Assembly (NCBI GenBank): GCA_031409275.1
Contig: JANNXA010000049.1
Location: 32,001-96,000 of the forward strand
Source: Planctomycetota bacterium
Lineage (GTDB): Bacteria > Planctomycetota > B15-G4 > SIAN01
Direction of reading: 5' to 3'
DNA: 64,000 nucleotides
The notes below the pieces were generated by a model. The model did no database searches. It saw only the letters and a program-made list of their open reading frames with translations, and was not told the origin of the DNA. How positions within the stretch are numbered: the first letter of the stretch is position 1; the number at the start of each line of letters is the position of its first letter. The position numbers were made by a program, and so were the translations under genes. This document shows positions 31,099 through 40,574 of this stretch, one piece after another.

Positions 31099-32265
31099 AT
31101 GCGAGTGCGCGCCTCCGGTACGTTCCGCCGCTACTACGTCGACTTGCGCGGCTTCGAGGGCGGTGCCAGACGGTTGCGCGATGACGGCGAGGCGCTCGAG
31201 AAACGGCTCCAGGCGCAACGTTTCCGTTCGATCGATCAGGCCGGCAGCGAGGTCAACTCGGTCGGCTGGTGTCGCGGCGACGGCACCACGCCGCGCGGCT
31301 TCGTGGCCGAGGATCAGTGGCTCGGCAAGGTCTTCGGCGCCACCCTTCGCATCGATCAGAAGAAGCTCCCGGCCGGCGCGCTGCGCGTGCGCCGCATGGA
31401 GGCGGAGGCCGCCGAGCGCCGTGAGGCGGGGGAGCGGATCCCTCCGGCCCGCCGCCGCGAGATCGTCGAGAAGCTCGAAGCGGAGCTGATGGCGCGGATG
31501 GTGCCATCGACAGCGCTCTATTCGATGTACTGGCTGCCCGAGCGCGGCCAGCTCCTGCTGAACGCCTCTGCCGACGCGGCCAACGTCGCCTTCCGCGCCC
31601 TCTTCCGCGAGACGTTCGAGCTCGCACCCGAACCGGTGCCGACCGCGACCCTCGCCGGACAGCTCATCTCGGCGAAGAAACTCGCCGATCTTGCTCCCGC
31701 GATCTTCGTCGATGGCGGCGTCGCGATCGTCGGCGACTCGGCCGCCTTTCTCGGCGGCGAGTTCCTGCTGTGGCTCTGGTACCAGTGCGAGACCGCGGGC
31801 GGCAAATTCGAGCTGCCCGAACTCGGCGAAGTGGGGGTCGCCTTCGACGCGCTGCTCGAGTTCGGCGGCGCCGAGGAGGGCGGCAAGGTGATCGTGCGCG
31901 GCGACGCGCCGACCCGCTCGACGGAAGCCGCTTCGGCGTTGTTGGCCGGTCGCATGCCGCAGCGCGCGCGCCTGGCGTTGGCGCGTGGCGACATGACCTT
32001 CGAAGTGAGCCTGTCGGGCGCGGCGCTCGACCTCGAGTCGATGAAGGTCGCCGCCGAGGCCGAAGAGATCACCGACGAGAACCTGCGCGCAGGCGACGAG
32101 CAGCGCGCCGGCTGGCTGTTCGAGTTGTGCGACCTGGTCGACGGCCTCTTCGCGGCGTTCCTGCGCGTGCGCGTTGCGCCAGCGTTCGAGGAGAAGCTCG
32201 TGCCGTCGATGCGCGACTGGATCGTCACGCGCGCCCGTCCGCGTGCGCGCGCCGCGAGCCGCTGA
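31099..32265 (+). CDS. rdgC: RdgC-like recombination-associated protein
   Basis: 'FRSID...SVGW', 'LRIDQKKLP', 'FRETF', 'FLGGEFLLWLWY'. Confidence 0.7.
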   Translation: MRVRASGTFRRYYVDLRGFEGGARRLRDDGEALEKRLQAQRFRSIDQAGSEVNSVGWCRGDGTTPRGFVAEDQWLGKVFGATLRIDQKKLPAGALRVRRMEAEAAERREAGERIPPARRREIVEKLEAELMARMVPSTALYSMYWLPERGQLLLNASADAANVAFRALFRETFELAPEPVPTATLAGQLISAKKLADLAPAIFVDGGVAIVGDSAAFLGGEFLLWLWYQCETAGGKFELPELGEVGVAFDALLEFGGAEEGGKVIVRGDAPTRSTEAASALLAGRMPQRARLALARGDMTFEVSLSGAALDLESMKVAAEAEEITDENLRAGDEQRAGWLFELCDLVDGLFAAFLRVRVAPAFEEKLVPSMRDWIVTRARPRARAASR

Positions 32266-32307
32266 ATCGCCGAGTCGAGCGCGCGCGCGATCGCGCGATC
32301 GCTCGAT

Positions 32308-33909
32308 TCAACCGGTCGTCAGCTCGCGGAACTCGAAGAAGGCGAACAGGAAGTGGACGAAGAGCGTCCACAGCGACGCGCCGATCACGGTGCGGGTCAC
32401 CGCCTGGCTCACGGCGTCGGCTGCCAGCTTCTCGCGCGATCCGATGAACCAGGCGACCGCGGCGATGCCGAACGCGCACGCTTCGGTCTTGGCGATGACC
32501 CAGTTCCAGCCCCAATGGAGCGGGAAGTCTTCGTTCACCAGGCCGCGCTCGAACGCGCGCTGCCAGAAGAAGAAATTGTGGTCGGGATGGGTGAAGAGGA
32601 AGACGGCGAGGCTCGCGAGCTTGGCGGCCCACCACATCGTCCAGACCAGGAACGGCATCGCGATCATCAGCGACCAGAGGCCGGCGGTGAGCAGGTAGCG
32701 CGACGGCTCCACGCCGAAGGAGCGCAGCGCATCGAACTGGCGCGCGTAGACCTTGCCGCCCACGTCGGCCGCGAAGGCGGCGCCGGTGCGCGCCGCGACC
32801 AGCAGCGTCACCAGCAGCGGCGCCAGCACTCGGAAGGTCATGAATCCGAGCGCTGACAGGACGTCGTCGACGAAGAGCGGCTCGGTGAAGCCGCGGCGCG
32901 GCATCTTCTCGAAGGCGAAGTAGGTGGCCACGAACCCGAGCAGCAGCCCGGCAACGCCGACGTAGGCGAAGGCGCCAGGCGAAGCGGCGATGCGCAGGTA
33001 GTGCAGCAGGTAGCGCGCTCCGTAGCGCGCGCGCGGCCACCAGGGAACGAGTCGCGCGACCGCAGTCGCGACCCCGCGCAGCGCTTCGCCGGTGCGCTCC
33101 AGGATCCGCGCGACCAGCGGGAGCGGCGGCTGATCGTCGCTCGAGGAGCGGTCGGTGGTCACGAGCTGCGTTGCGCGCAGCAGCGCGGTCTCGAGCGGCA
33201 GTCGCAGGAGCGTCCGCTCGTCCGGGTCGATCCACAGCACTTCGCGGGCGAGGCCGCGGAACGCGTCGAGGTCATGCGTCACCACGACGGTGGTGCGAGG
33301 CCGCTTCGCGTGGGTCGCCGCGATGGTGTCGGCGACGCGACGCGCATTCGCCGGATCGAGGCCGGTGGTCGGCTCGTCGTAGAGCAGGAGGTCGGGATCG
33401 AGTGCGAGGGTCCGGGCGAGGGCGACGCGCTGCAGCTGGCCGCCGCTCAGGTGATGCAGCCGGCCGACGCGCGCGACGCCGAAGTCTGCCAGCAGCGCGC
33501 GCGCCGCCGCGCGCTCGTCCGAGGCGCGAGTTTCGGCGGGCCGACGAGCGCGGTGGCGCAACGCGAAGAGGACGTTCTCCTCGGGCGATAGCTCATCGAA
33601 GAGCGCGTGATTCTGGAACAGGACGCCGACCTGGCCGGCGGGCGGCGGTTCGCGCAGCAGTTGGGTCGTTTCGAAGCGCAGCTTGCCGCTCGCGCTGAAG
33701 CCGCCGACGCCGTCGCGCAGCACGCCGGCGAGCAGCTTGAGCAGCACCGTCTTGCCCGACCCCGATGGACCGCACAGCAGCACCAGCTCGCCGCGCCGCA
33801 CGAAGAAGCTCGACCGGTCGAGCAGCTTCATGCCACCGAGACGGATCGTCAGTTCCTCCGCCTCGATCGCCGGAGAGGGCAGCACTTCGAGCGGCTCGTC
33901 ACGATTCAT
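32308..33909 (-). CDS. ABC ATPase (MlaF-like) fused to MlaE-like permease
   Basis: Walker A GPSGSGKT, 'LSGGQLQRVALAR', 'YDEPTTGLDP', then 'LAPLLVTLLVAARTGAAFAADVG...QFDALRSFGVEPSRYL' (MlaE). Confidence 0.88.
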   Translation of the reverse strand: MNRDEPLEVLPSPAIEAEELTIRLGGMKLLDRSSFFVRRGELVLLCGPSGSGKTVLLKLLAGVLRDGVGGFSASGKLRFETTQLLREPPPAGQVGVLFQNHALFDELSPEENVLFALRHRARRPAETRASDERAAARALLADFGVARVGRLHHLSGGQLQRVALARTLALDPDLLLYDEPTTGLDPANARRVADTIAATHAKRPRTTVVVTHDLDAFRGLAREVLWIDPDERTLLRLPLETALLRATQLVTTDRSSSDDQPPLPLVARILERTGEALRGVATAVARLVPWWPRARYGARYLLHYLRIAASPGAFAYVGVAGLLLGFVATYFAFEKMPRRGFTEPLFVDDVLSALGFMTFRVLAPLLVTLLVAARTGAAFAADVGGKVYARQFDALRSFGVEPSRYLLTAGLWSLMIAMPFLVWTMWWAAKLASLAVFLFTHPDHNFFFWQRAFERGLVNEDFPLHWGWNWVIAKTEACAFGIAAVAWFIGSREKLAADAVSQAVTRTVIGASLWTLFVHFLFAFFEFRELTTG

Positions 33910-35182
33910 GGCGGCCCTCGATCTCGCTGCCGGGCGCCAACGCTTCGCCGCCGCCGCCTTCCAGGTGGATCACCTGCGCATCGCGCCGAAGCAGGAGCAG
34001 GCGGATCAGCCAGGCGAGCTCGGGATTGATGCCTTCCCCGGTCGCGTCGAGGAAGAGCAGGTCGCCGAGCGGATCGAGGAACTCCTGCAGCTGGCTCGAC
34101 AGCCGATCGAAGCGGTCGCGCATCCGCGGGTCGTTGCGCAGCTGGTTCAGCCACCGCGTGAGGTGGGGGTTCTTGGCGATCAGCTCTTCGAGGAGTTGCG
34201 GCACGAGCGACTTCACGAGCGGGTCGTCGCGCACCTGTTCGAAGATGCGGCGCACCCCGTTGCGCAATTCCGGATCGGCGGCGGCATCACGCGCCATGGC
34301 GGCGATCGCCGCCTCCATCTCGCCGCGATGCTCGCGCAGCACCGGCAGCGCCTCTTCGTCGAGGAAGCGCTGCCAGCGTTCCTCGACGCGGACCGGCCGA
34401 TCCTCGAGCACGCGATCGGCCGCCGCTCGCAGCGCGAAGCTCATCAGCGGCAGCTTGTCCCACAGCAGTCGGCCGATCTGCTCGGCCGGCGCTGCGGCGT
34501 GGCGTTCGACGATCGGCAGCAGTTCGGCCGCGAGCAGTTCGCTGGCAGGCGTTCCCGCGAGCTCGCCGCGCAGCCGTTCGGACAAGAGGTCGATCTCGCG
34601 CTGGTGGCGGGCGAGCGCGGCCGGCAGCTCGGCGGAGATCGCCTGCAATGCGCCTTGCATCAGTTCCTGCGCGAGGGGTTCGAGCTCGCGCGCGAGCTCG
34701 GCGGCATGGCGCGCGCGGAAGCGATCCCACTCGCTGCGAATCTGCTCGAGGCGAGCCGCCGGGATCAGGGTGCGAACGGCGAAGAGGAATGAGTTGCCTT
34801 GCGAGCGCCGCACGCCGACGACACCGGCCCGAGGCCTGAATTCGGCGGCATGGACGCGGCGATCGTCGAGGGCGACGGTGACCACGACCTGCGGCGGCGC
34901 TGAGTCGCGTCGCACCCGGACGACCTCGCCGACCCGTTCGAGCTGGCCGTCCACGACGGCGACCACGCCGTTGCCGCGCTCGATCGCGGTGCCGCCGACG
35001 AATCGGATGGTGTAGGTCGGTGCCGGCTCGAGCAGCGCGCGCCACATCTCGACCTTGACGTGCTCGATCCGTCCGCGCTGCGCCGGCGAGAACGCGCCGA
35101 GGGCCACCGTCGTGGCGACTGCCAGCGCGATCCAGAAGGCGGCACCCAGCGACATCTGCTTCATTCGGGTCGATGGACTCAT
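33899..35182 (-). CDS. Membrane-anchored protein with small beta domain and long helical region (MlaD-like position)
   Basis: N-terminal TM, 'ERVGEVVRV', then extended amphipathic helices. Its stop overlaps the start of the MlaF-MlaE gene. The start codon is uncertain. Confidence 0.55.
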   Translation of the reverse strand: MSPSTRMKQMSLGAAFWIALAVATTVALGAFSPAQRGRIEHVKVEMWRALLEPAPTYTIRFVGGTAIERGNGVVAVVDGQLERVGEVVRVRRDSAPPQVVVTVALDDRRVHAAEFRPRAGVVGVRRSQGNSFLFAVRTLIPAARLEQIRSEWDRFRARHAAELARELEPLAQELMQGALQAISAELPAALARHQREIDLLSERLRGELAGTPASELLAAELLPIVERHAAAPAEQIGRLLWDKLPLMSFALRAAADRVLEDRPVRVEERWQRFLDEEALPVLREHRGEMEAAIAAMARDAAADPELRNGVRRIFEQVRDDPLVKSLVPQLLEELIAKNPHLTRWLNQLRNDPRMRDRFDRLSSQLQEFLDPLGDLLFLDATGEGINPELAWLIRLLLLRRDAQVIHLEGGGGEALAPGSEIEGRHES

Positions 35183-35260
35183 CACGGGCGATGGTACCGA
35201 CGCGTCGCGGCGCCCGTTCGCTCCCGGCGCTATCGTCGCGCCACCTGGACAGGGGGCGTC

Positions 35261-36304
35261 ATGCCGGATCGTTCGATGAACCAGCGCTTGTCGCCGCGGC
35301 GGCTCGTGATGCTCGCGACCCTCGTCGCGGCGCTCTTCGTCGCGGCGGCGCGTCCCGACGACCCCGTCCTCGCCATCCGAGGACTCGTCGACCAGCGTCG
35401 TTTCGTCGAGGCCGCGCAGGCGGGCGAACGGCTCGTCAAGGAGCGGCCCGAGGATGCCGACGCGTGGCTCCTGCTGGCGCAGGTCCATCTCGTGCCCGAC
35501 TGGGCGTTTCGTCGCGATGCGCGCGCCGCTTCGGCCGCCACGCGGGCGCTCAAGATCGCGGGGCGCCGTCCCGACATCGTCGCGGCGCTGGCCTTCGCGC
35601 GCGCGCGCCTGACCGAGTACGACGAGGCGCTCAAGCTGATCGCCGAGGTCTGCGATAGCGAGCCGCCGCGAGTCGCCGGCGAGGTGCTCTCCGAGCTGCT
35701 CGTGTTGCGGGCCGACCTGAGCCTCAAGCGGGACGGGGCGGCGGGCCAGGCGGCGGCGCTGCTCGACCTCGAGCGGGCGATTGCCGCGGCGCCGCGGGCG
35801 AGCCAGCCCCGCGTGATGCGCGCCGAGGCGCTGATGAACGGCGATCGCCACGCCGAAGCGATCGCCGACCTGCTGATCGCCATCGACTCCGCGCCGGGCA
35901 ACAAGCAGGCGCACGCGGCGTTGCGCGGCGCCTACAGTCGCCTTGGCCAGCGCGAAGAGGCGCGCCAGCACTACGAGATCTGGAAGCGGCTGAACCGCTT
36001 GACGGACAGCGTGGCGTCGACGAGCGCGCCCGACCCGCAGGAGCGCCGGAACATCTTGCGCGAACTCGCGACGCTGAATCCTCGAGACGTCGACCGGCGG
36101 CTCGAACTCGTGCAGGTCGAGGCGCAGCTGAACGACCTTCCGGCCGCACTCGCCGCTTGCGATGCGCTGCTCGAGGTCGCGCCGACCTTTGCGCCCGCGC
36201 GCTACCTGCGCGAGCAGTTGCTGCAGGCGAAGGCCGGACGTCGGCCGGCACCGGAGGGCGCGGCTCCAGTGGGCGATGGGGCGGGTGGTGGGGGCGGAGC
36301 GTGA
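35261..36304 (+). CDS. Secreted/anchored TPR protein
   Basis: Hydrophobic N-terminus and repeated TPR-like motifs ('PEDADAWLLLAQ', 'APGNKQAHAAL'). Confidence 0.75.
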   Translation: MPDRSMNQRLSPRRLVMLATLVAALFVAAARPDDPVLAIRGLVDQRRFVEAAQAGERLVKERPEDADAWLLLAQVHLVPDWAFRRDARAASAATRALKIAGRRPDIVAALAFARARLTEYDEALKLIAEVCDSEPPRVAGEVLSELLVLRADLSLKRDGAAGQAAALLDLERAIAAAPRASQPRVMRAEALMNGDRHAEAIADLLIAIDSAPGNKQAHAALRGAYSRLGQREEARQHYEIWKRLNRLTDSVASTSAPDPQERRNILRELATLNPRDVDRRLELVQVEAQLNDLPAALAACDALLEVAPTFAPARYLREQLLQAKAGRRPAPEGAAPVGDGAGGGGGA

Positions 36305-38007
36305 GCATGATCAAAGCGCTGGCCCTTGCGACCGCTCTTGCCCAGATCGACGATCGACCCGTCTTCGTCGAGCGGCGCGACTGCGGCATCGACTTCGTGC
36401 ATCGCCGGTTCCAGACCGAGTCGAAGAAGTACCTCGTCGAGACCGCCGGTTCCGGCGTCGCGTTGATCGACTACGACGGTGACGGTCGCCTCGACGTCTA
36501 CTGCGTGCAGGGCTGCCCGTTGCCGGGTTACACCGGCCACGACGAAGCGCCGCCCGATCGCCTCTACCGCAATCTCGGGGGCTTTCGCTTCGCGCCCGTT
36601 CCCGAGCTCGTCCCCGTTTCGGTGAAGCAGGCGGACGGCACCACGCTGACCGTCGAGAAGCCGCTCGGACTCGGCGATCGGCGCTACGGGATGGGCGTCA
36701 CGTGTCCTGACATCGACAACGACGGTGATGCCGACCTCTTCGTCACCAACGTCGGGCGCGACGCGCTCTATCGCAACGAAGGGGACGGCACCTTCACCGA
36801 CGTCACCGTCGAATCAGGCGTCGTCGACGACTACTGGAGCACCGCGGCCGGCTGGGCCGACCTCGATGGCGACGGCGACCTCGACCTCTACCTCGCCAAC
36901 TACGCGCGCATCGACTACGCGACCTACAAGCCGTGCACGACGAAGGAGATCATCAGCTACTGCCATCCCGACACGCTGCCATCGGCGCCCGATCGCCTGT
37001 TCCGCAACGACGGTGGCTTCAAGTTCACCGAAGTGACGCAGCAAGCGGGGATCATCGAGCCCGACGAAGGCGGCAAGGGGCTCGCCGTCATCCCGTTCGA
37101 CCAGGACGGCGACGGCCGCCTCGACCTCTTCATCGCGAACGACGCTGACGAGAACTACCTCTGGATGAATCGCGGCGGGATGCGCTTCGAGGAGGAGGCG
37201 GGCGTCTGGTGCGTCGACGTCAGCGGTCGCGGCGCGTCGCAGAGCTGCATGGGCAGCGACCTTGCCGACATCGACGGCGACCTCGACTTCGATCTCTTCT
37301 CCGCCAACTTCGGCAAGGAGCCGAACGTCCTCTACGTGCGCGGCAAGGACGGCTACTACGACGACCGCAGCTATCCGAGCGGGCTTGGCGAGCCGAGCTA
37401 CCTGTCGACCGGTTTCGGCGCACGCTTCTTCGATTACGACCGCGACGCCGACGTCGACCTGATGGTCGTGAACGGTCACATCGTCGACAACGCCGAGCAG
37501 TTCGACCCGAGCCAGACGTTCAAGCAGCTGCCGCATCTCTACGCCAACAAAGGCAACGGCACCTTCGAGCAGATCGGTCCGCGCCTCTCGCCGTTCTTCA
37601 AGGCGCGCATCGTCGGCCGTGGCCTCGCCACCGGCGATCTCGACGACGACGGCGATCTCGATGTCGTCGTGCTGGAGAACGACGGGCCACTCGCCGTCCT
37701 CGAGAACGTCGGCGACTTCCCCGGTCGCTGGATCGGCTTCCAGTTGGTGGGAACCAAGAGCCCGCGTGATGCGATCGGCGCCGTGGTCACCATCGAGTGC
37801 GCTGGCAAGCAGCAGGCTCAGCCGTTGGTCGGCACGAGCTCCTACCTCAGCTGGGGTGACCTGCGTCTCTACTTCGGCCTCGGGACTGTGCCCCCCGATG
37901 CGACGGTGAACGCCACCATTCGCTGGCCGTCCGGCACCGTCCAGTCGCTCTCGCCGCTCGTCGCGAGCCGCTACCACCGCGTCGAAGAGCCCCCGCCCAC
38001 GAAGTAG
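36301..38007 (+). CDS. CRTAC1-family protein (FG-GAP/VCBS repeats + ASPIC/UnbV)
   Basis: Repeated DxDGDGxxDL motifs and C-terminal 'DAIGAVV...SYLS...LYFGLG...IRWPSG'. Confidence 0.92.
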   Translation: MSMIKALALATALAQIDDRPVFVERRDCGIDFVHRRFQTESKKYLVETAGSGVALIDYDGDGRLDVYCVQGCPLPGYTGHDEAPPDRLYRNLGGFRFAPVPELVPVSVKQADGTTLTVEKPLGLGDRRYGMGVTCPDIDNDGDADLFVTNVGRDALYRNEGDGTFTDVTVESGVVDDYWSTAAGWADLDGDGDLDLYLANYARIDYATYKPCTTKEIISYCHPDTLPSAPDRLFRNDGGFKFTEVTQQAGIIEPDEGGKGLAVIPFDQDGDGRLDLFIANDADENYLWMNRGGMRFEEEAGVWCVDVSGRGASQSCMGSDLADIDGDLDFDLFSANFGKEPNVLYVRGKDGYYDDRSYPSGLGEPSYLSTGFGARFFDYDRDADVDLMVVNGHIVDNAEQFDPSQTFKQLPHLYANKGNGTFEQIGPRLSPFFKARIVGRGLATGDLDDDGDLDVVVLENDGPLAVLENVGDFPGRWIGFQLVGTKSPRDAIGAVVTIECAGKQQAQPLVGTSSYLSWGDLRLYFGLGTVPPDATVNATIRWPSGTVQSLSPLVASRYHRVEEPPPTK

Positions 38008-38077
38008 CCTCGCCTCGTCGAAGCAGCTCTCCCTCGCCGTCTCTCTTCACTCTTCCGAGCCGTCGCGCCCCCTCTCG

Positions 38078-38188
38078 CCGCGCGCTGCGTACCCGCAGCC
38101 GCGCCCCTCTCGCCTCTCGCCGCGCGCTGCGTACCCGCAGCCGCGCGCCGCACCCCCTTCACCGCGCGCTGCGTACCCGCAGCCGCGC
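38078..38188. repeat. Three 27-bp palindromic direct repeats at 42-bp period
   Basis: CCGCGCGCTGCGTACCCGCAGCCGCGC at 38078, 38120 and 38162, separated by different 15-bp spacers. Confidence 0.9.
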
Positions 38189-38215
38189 GTCACGCACCGC
38201 GCGCCGCGCCCCGTT

Positions 38216-38395
38216 GGGCTTCAGCTGCGAAGCCGCGCGCAGCGCCGCTTCGTCAGCTGCAAGCCCCGAGAGGCGAGCTGCGCACCGCGCAGCCTCGCCG
38301 GCGCGGGCGTTCAGCTGCAAAGGCGCCGTGCCGTCGCACTGCCGCGCTCGATCCCTGCACGCGGCGCCTTTGTCAGCTGCAACGCCTAGTTGAGC
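38216..38395 (-). repeat. Two attC-like imperfect hairpins (degenerate) separated by a third hairpin
   Basis: Minus strand: GCTCAAC-TAGGC-GTTGCAGC-TGAC...GCA-GCTGAAC-GCCCGC-GCCGGCG (38395-38296) and CTTGCAGCTGAC...GCAGCTGAAG (38266-38216). Confidence 0.55.
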
Positions 38396-39240
38396 CCCAT
38401 GTCCGTCAACCCGTCCTCGTCCCAGCTCAAGTGGTGCCCGATCTCGTGCAGCAGCGTGATCTTCATCTCTTCGCGCAGTTCGTCCTTGTCGGAGACGACG
38501 CGTTCCACGTTGCGCTGGAAGATCTCGATGCGATCGAGGTCGCCATGCGGGAGATCGCCGGTCTTCTCGAGGAGGTTGATCCCGCGGTAGAGGCCGAGCA
38601 CCAGCGGATCGACGTCAGGGCTCGCGTGCAGGCGCGGGTCCGGAAGCGGCAGCAGGCTCAGGTCGACGTTCTTCAGTGCCCGGCGCACATCGCGCGGCAG
38701 CGCGGCGATGACCTCTTCGAGCAGCGCCTGCACCTCGTCGGCGGGAAGGCGCACCGGCTCGGGATAGTCATCGGCGTTCTCCTTGGCCGCTTTGGCAAAG
38801 AGCGCGTCGGCAGCCGCGTGGTCGCCACGGAAGTCGGCCAGCAGCGCCTGGTAGTAGAGATGGCCGGCGCGCGTGGCGGGCTTGGGCTTGTGCCGCGCGA
38901 GCATCTGCGCGGCCTCGTCGAAGCGCCAGGCGTGGAACAAGGCCCGCGCTTCCCAGAAGTCGATCTCGGGGTCCTTGCCGTCGAGCACGCGGATCTGCTG
39001 GAGCTCGCGCAACGAGGCCGCGATCTCGCCGAGTTCGAAATGACTCGCCGCCAGCAGGTAGAGCGTGTCGATCTGGAGGTCGACGTCGCTTTTCTTCAGT
39101 TCCTCGTGGCGATCGAGCAGCTTCTGCGCCTGAAGTGCGAGCTCGAGCGCCTCGTCGGCGTGGCCCTCGTCGAGCCGCGCGTCGACCTCGTCGAGCAGCG
39201 CCGCGATGCGCTCGTAGATTTCCCGGCTCTCGTCGTCCAT
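38386..39240 (-). CDS. TPR + minimal zincin (Zincin_1/DUF1025-like) metallopeptidase
   Basis: N-terminal TPRs, 'LGLYRG', 'RIEIFQRN', 'ITLLHEIGHH'. Confidence 0.88.
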   Translation of the reverse strand: MDDESREIYERIAALLDEVDARLDEGHADEALELALQAQKLLDRHEELKKSDVDLQIDTLYLLAASHFELGEIAASLRELQQIRVLDGKDPEIDFWEARALFHAWRFDEAAQMLARHKPKPATRAGHLYYQALLADFRGDHAAADALFAKAAKENADDYPEPVRLPADEVQALLEEVIAALPRDVRRALKNVDLSLLPLPDPRLHASPDVDPLVLGLYRGINLLEKTGDLPHGDLDRIEIFQRNVERVVSDKDELREEMKITLLHEIGHHLSWDEDGLTDMGLN

Positions 39241-39370
39241 CGCTGATCCTGCTGGGGCCCGCCGCGAAACCGACGGTGCGGCATCGTAGCCGCGAGGATG
39301 CAGCTAAAGGCGAAGGCGTCCGGCGGGCGAAGTCATCCGTCGTGGAGTTCCCTCGGAACGGGAGACGACC

Positions 39371-40516
39371 GTGGCCCGCAGCGCTCGTTGGCGAGAACTC
39401 GATCCGCAGAAGTTGAGCCCCGAGGCCAAGCGCCTCCGGGATGGCCTGCTCGCGCGCGTCGTGGGACAGGAACCGGCGATCGACTCGCTGACCACGATCC
39501 ACCAGATCTGGCGCTCGGGACTTTCCGATCCCAACCGTCCGATCGCGAGCTTCCTGCTGCTCGGCCCGACCGGCACGGGAAAGACGCGCCTCGTCGAGTC
39601 GCTGGCCGAACTGCTCTTCAGCGACCGGCGCGCGATGATGAAGATCGACTGCGCCGAGTTCAGCCACAGCCACGAGATCGCGCGGCTCATCGGATCGCCG
39701 CCGGGCTACCTCGGGCACCGCGACACGCCGCCGTTCCTGAGCCAGGAGAACGTGGATCGGCACCAGACGCGCGAGCACCCGGTGACGTTGATCCTGTTCG
39801 ACGAGATCGAGAAGGCCAACGACGCGCTGTGGATGCTGCTGCTCGGCATCCTCGACAAGGGCACGTTGACGCTCGGCACGAACGAACAGGTCGATCTCAC
39901 GCGCTGCCTGATCTTCCTGACCAGCAACGTCGGCGCCGATCACTTCGACAAGCTGCACGATTCGCCGATGGGCTTCCGTACGACCTTGCCCTACATCGCT
40001 CCCGACATGAGCCAGGTGAGCGAGAGCGTGCACGAGGCGACGCGGCGCATCTTCAGTCCCGAGTTCCTGAACCGCATCGATCGCCGGATCGTCTTCAACA
40101 GCCTCGGCGAGGAGCAGTTCAAGCGGATCCTCGACCTCGAACTCAGCTACGTGCGCACGCGCGTCCGCAAGCGGCTCGACGTCGACCTGCGATGCACACC
40201 GGCGGGGCGGCGCTACCTGCTCGAGAAGGGGACCAACCCGCGTTACGGCGCGCGCCCGTTGCGCAGCCTGCTCGAGAGCGAGGTGCTGTTCGCGGTCGCC
40301 AACCTGATCGGCTCCGGACAGGTCGGCGAGGGCGACGTCGTGCAGATCGACGCCAAGCGCGATGGCGGCGGGCTCACCTTCCGCGCACAGCGCGAAAGCG
40401 CGGCGGCGGCGGCATCGGGCGGCGGTTCGTCGTCGATCAGCGTCGCGCCGGTCGAGTCGGTCGAGACGCTGCGCGAGGCGGCTTCCCGCGAACTGCTGCC
40501 GGCGGGGCGGGGCTGA
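39371..40516 (+). CDS. Single-domain Clp/Hsp100 AAA+ ATPase (ClpA/B/C D2 module only)
   Basis: 'VVGQEPAI', 'GPTGTGKT', 'RLIGSPPGYLG', 'LFDEIEKA', 'LTSNVG', 'FSPEFLNRID', 'YGARPLR'. Confidence 0.9.
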   Translation: MARSARWRELDPQKLSPEAKRLRDGLLARVVGQEPAIDSLTTIHQIWRSGLSDPNRPIASFLLLGPTGTGKTRLVESLAELLFSDRRAMMKIDCAEFSHSHEIARLIGSPPGYLGHRDTPPFLSQENVDRHQTREHPVTLILFDEIEKANDALWMLLLGILDKGTLTLGTNEQVDLTRCLIFLTSNVGADHFDKLHDSPMGFRTTLPYIAPDMSQVSESVHEATRRIFSPEFLNRIDRRIVFNSLGEEQFKRILDLELSYVRTRVRKRLDVDLRCTPAGRRYLLEKGTNPRYGARPLRSLLESEVLFAVANLIGSGQVGEGDVVQIDAKRDGGGLTFRAQRESAAAAASGGGSSSISVAPVESVETLREAASRELLPAGRG

Positions 40517-40574
40517 CCGCCGCGCACGCTAGGATCTCGCCCCGTTTCCAATCTCAGGAACAGGAGCGAGAGTC

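Noticed and set aside
38078..38188. CRISPR array
   Set aside because: Only three repeats with 15-bp low-complexity spacers and no cas operon. Kept as a REP-like repeat instead.
38296..38395. Functional integron
   Set aside because: No intI in the window and the R' box is not GTTRRRY. Reported only as degenerate attC-like.
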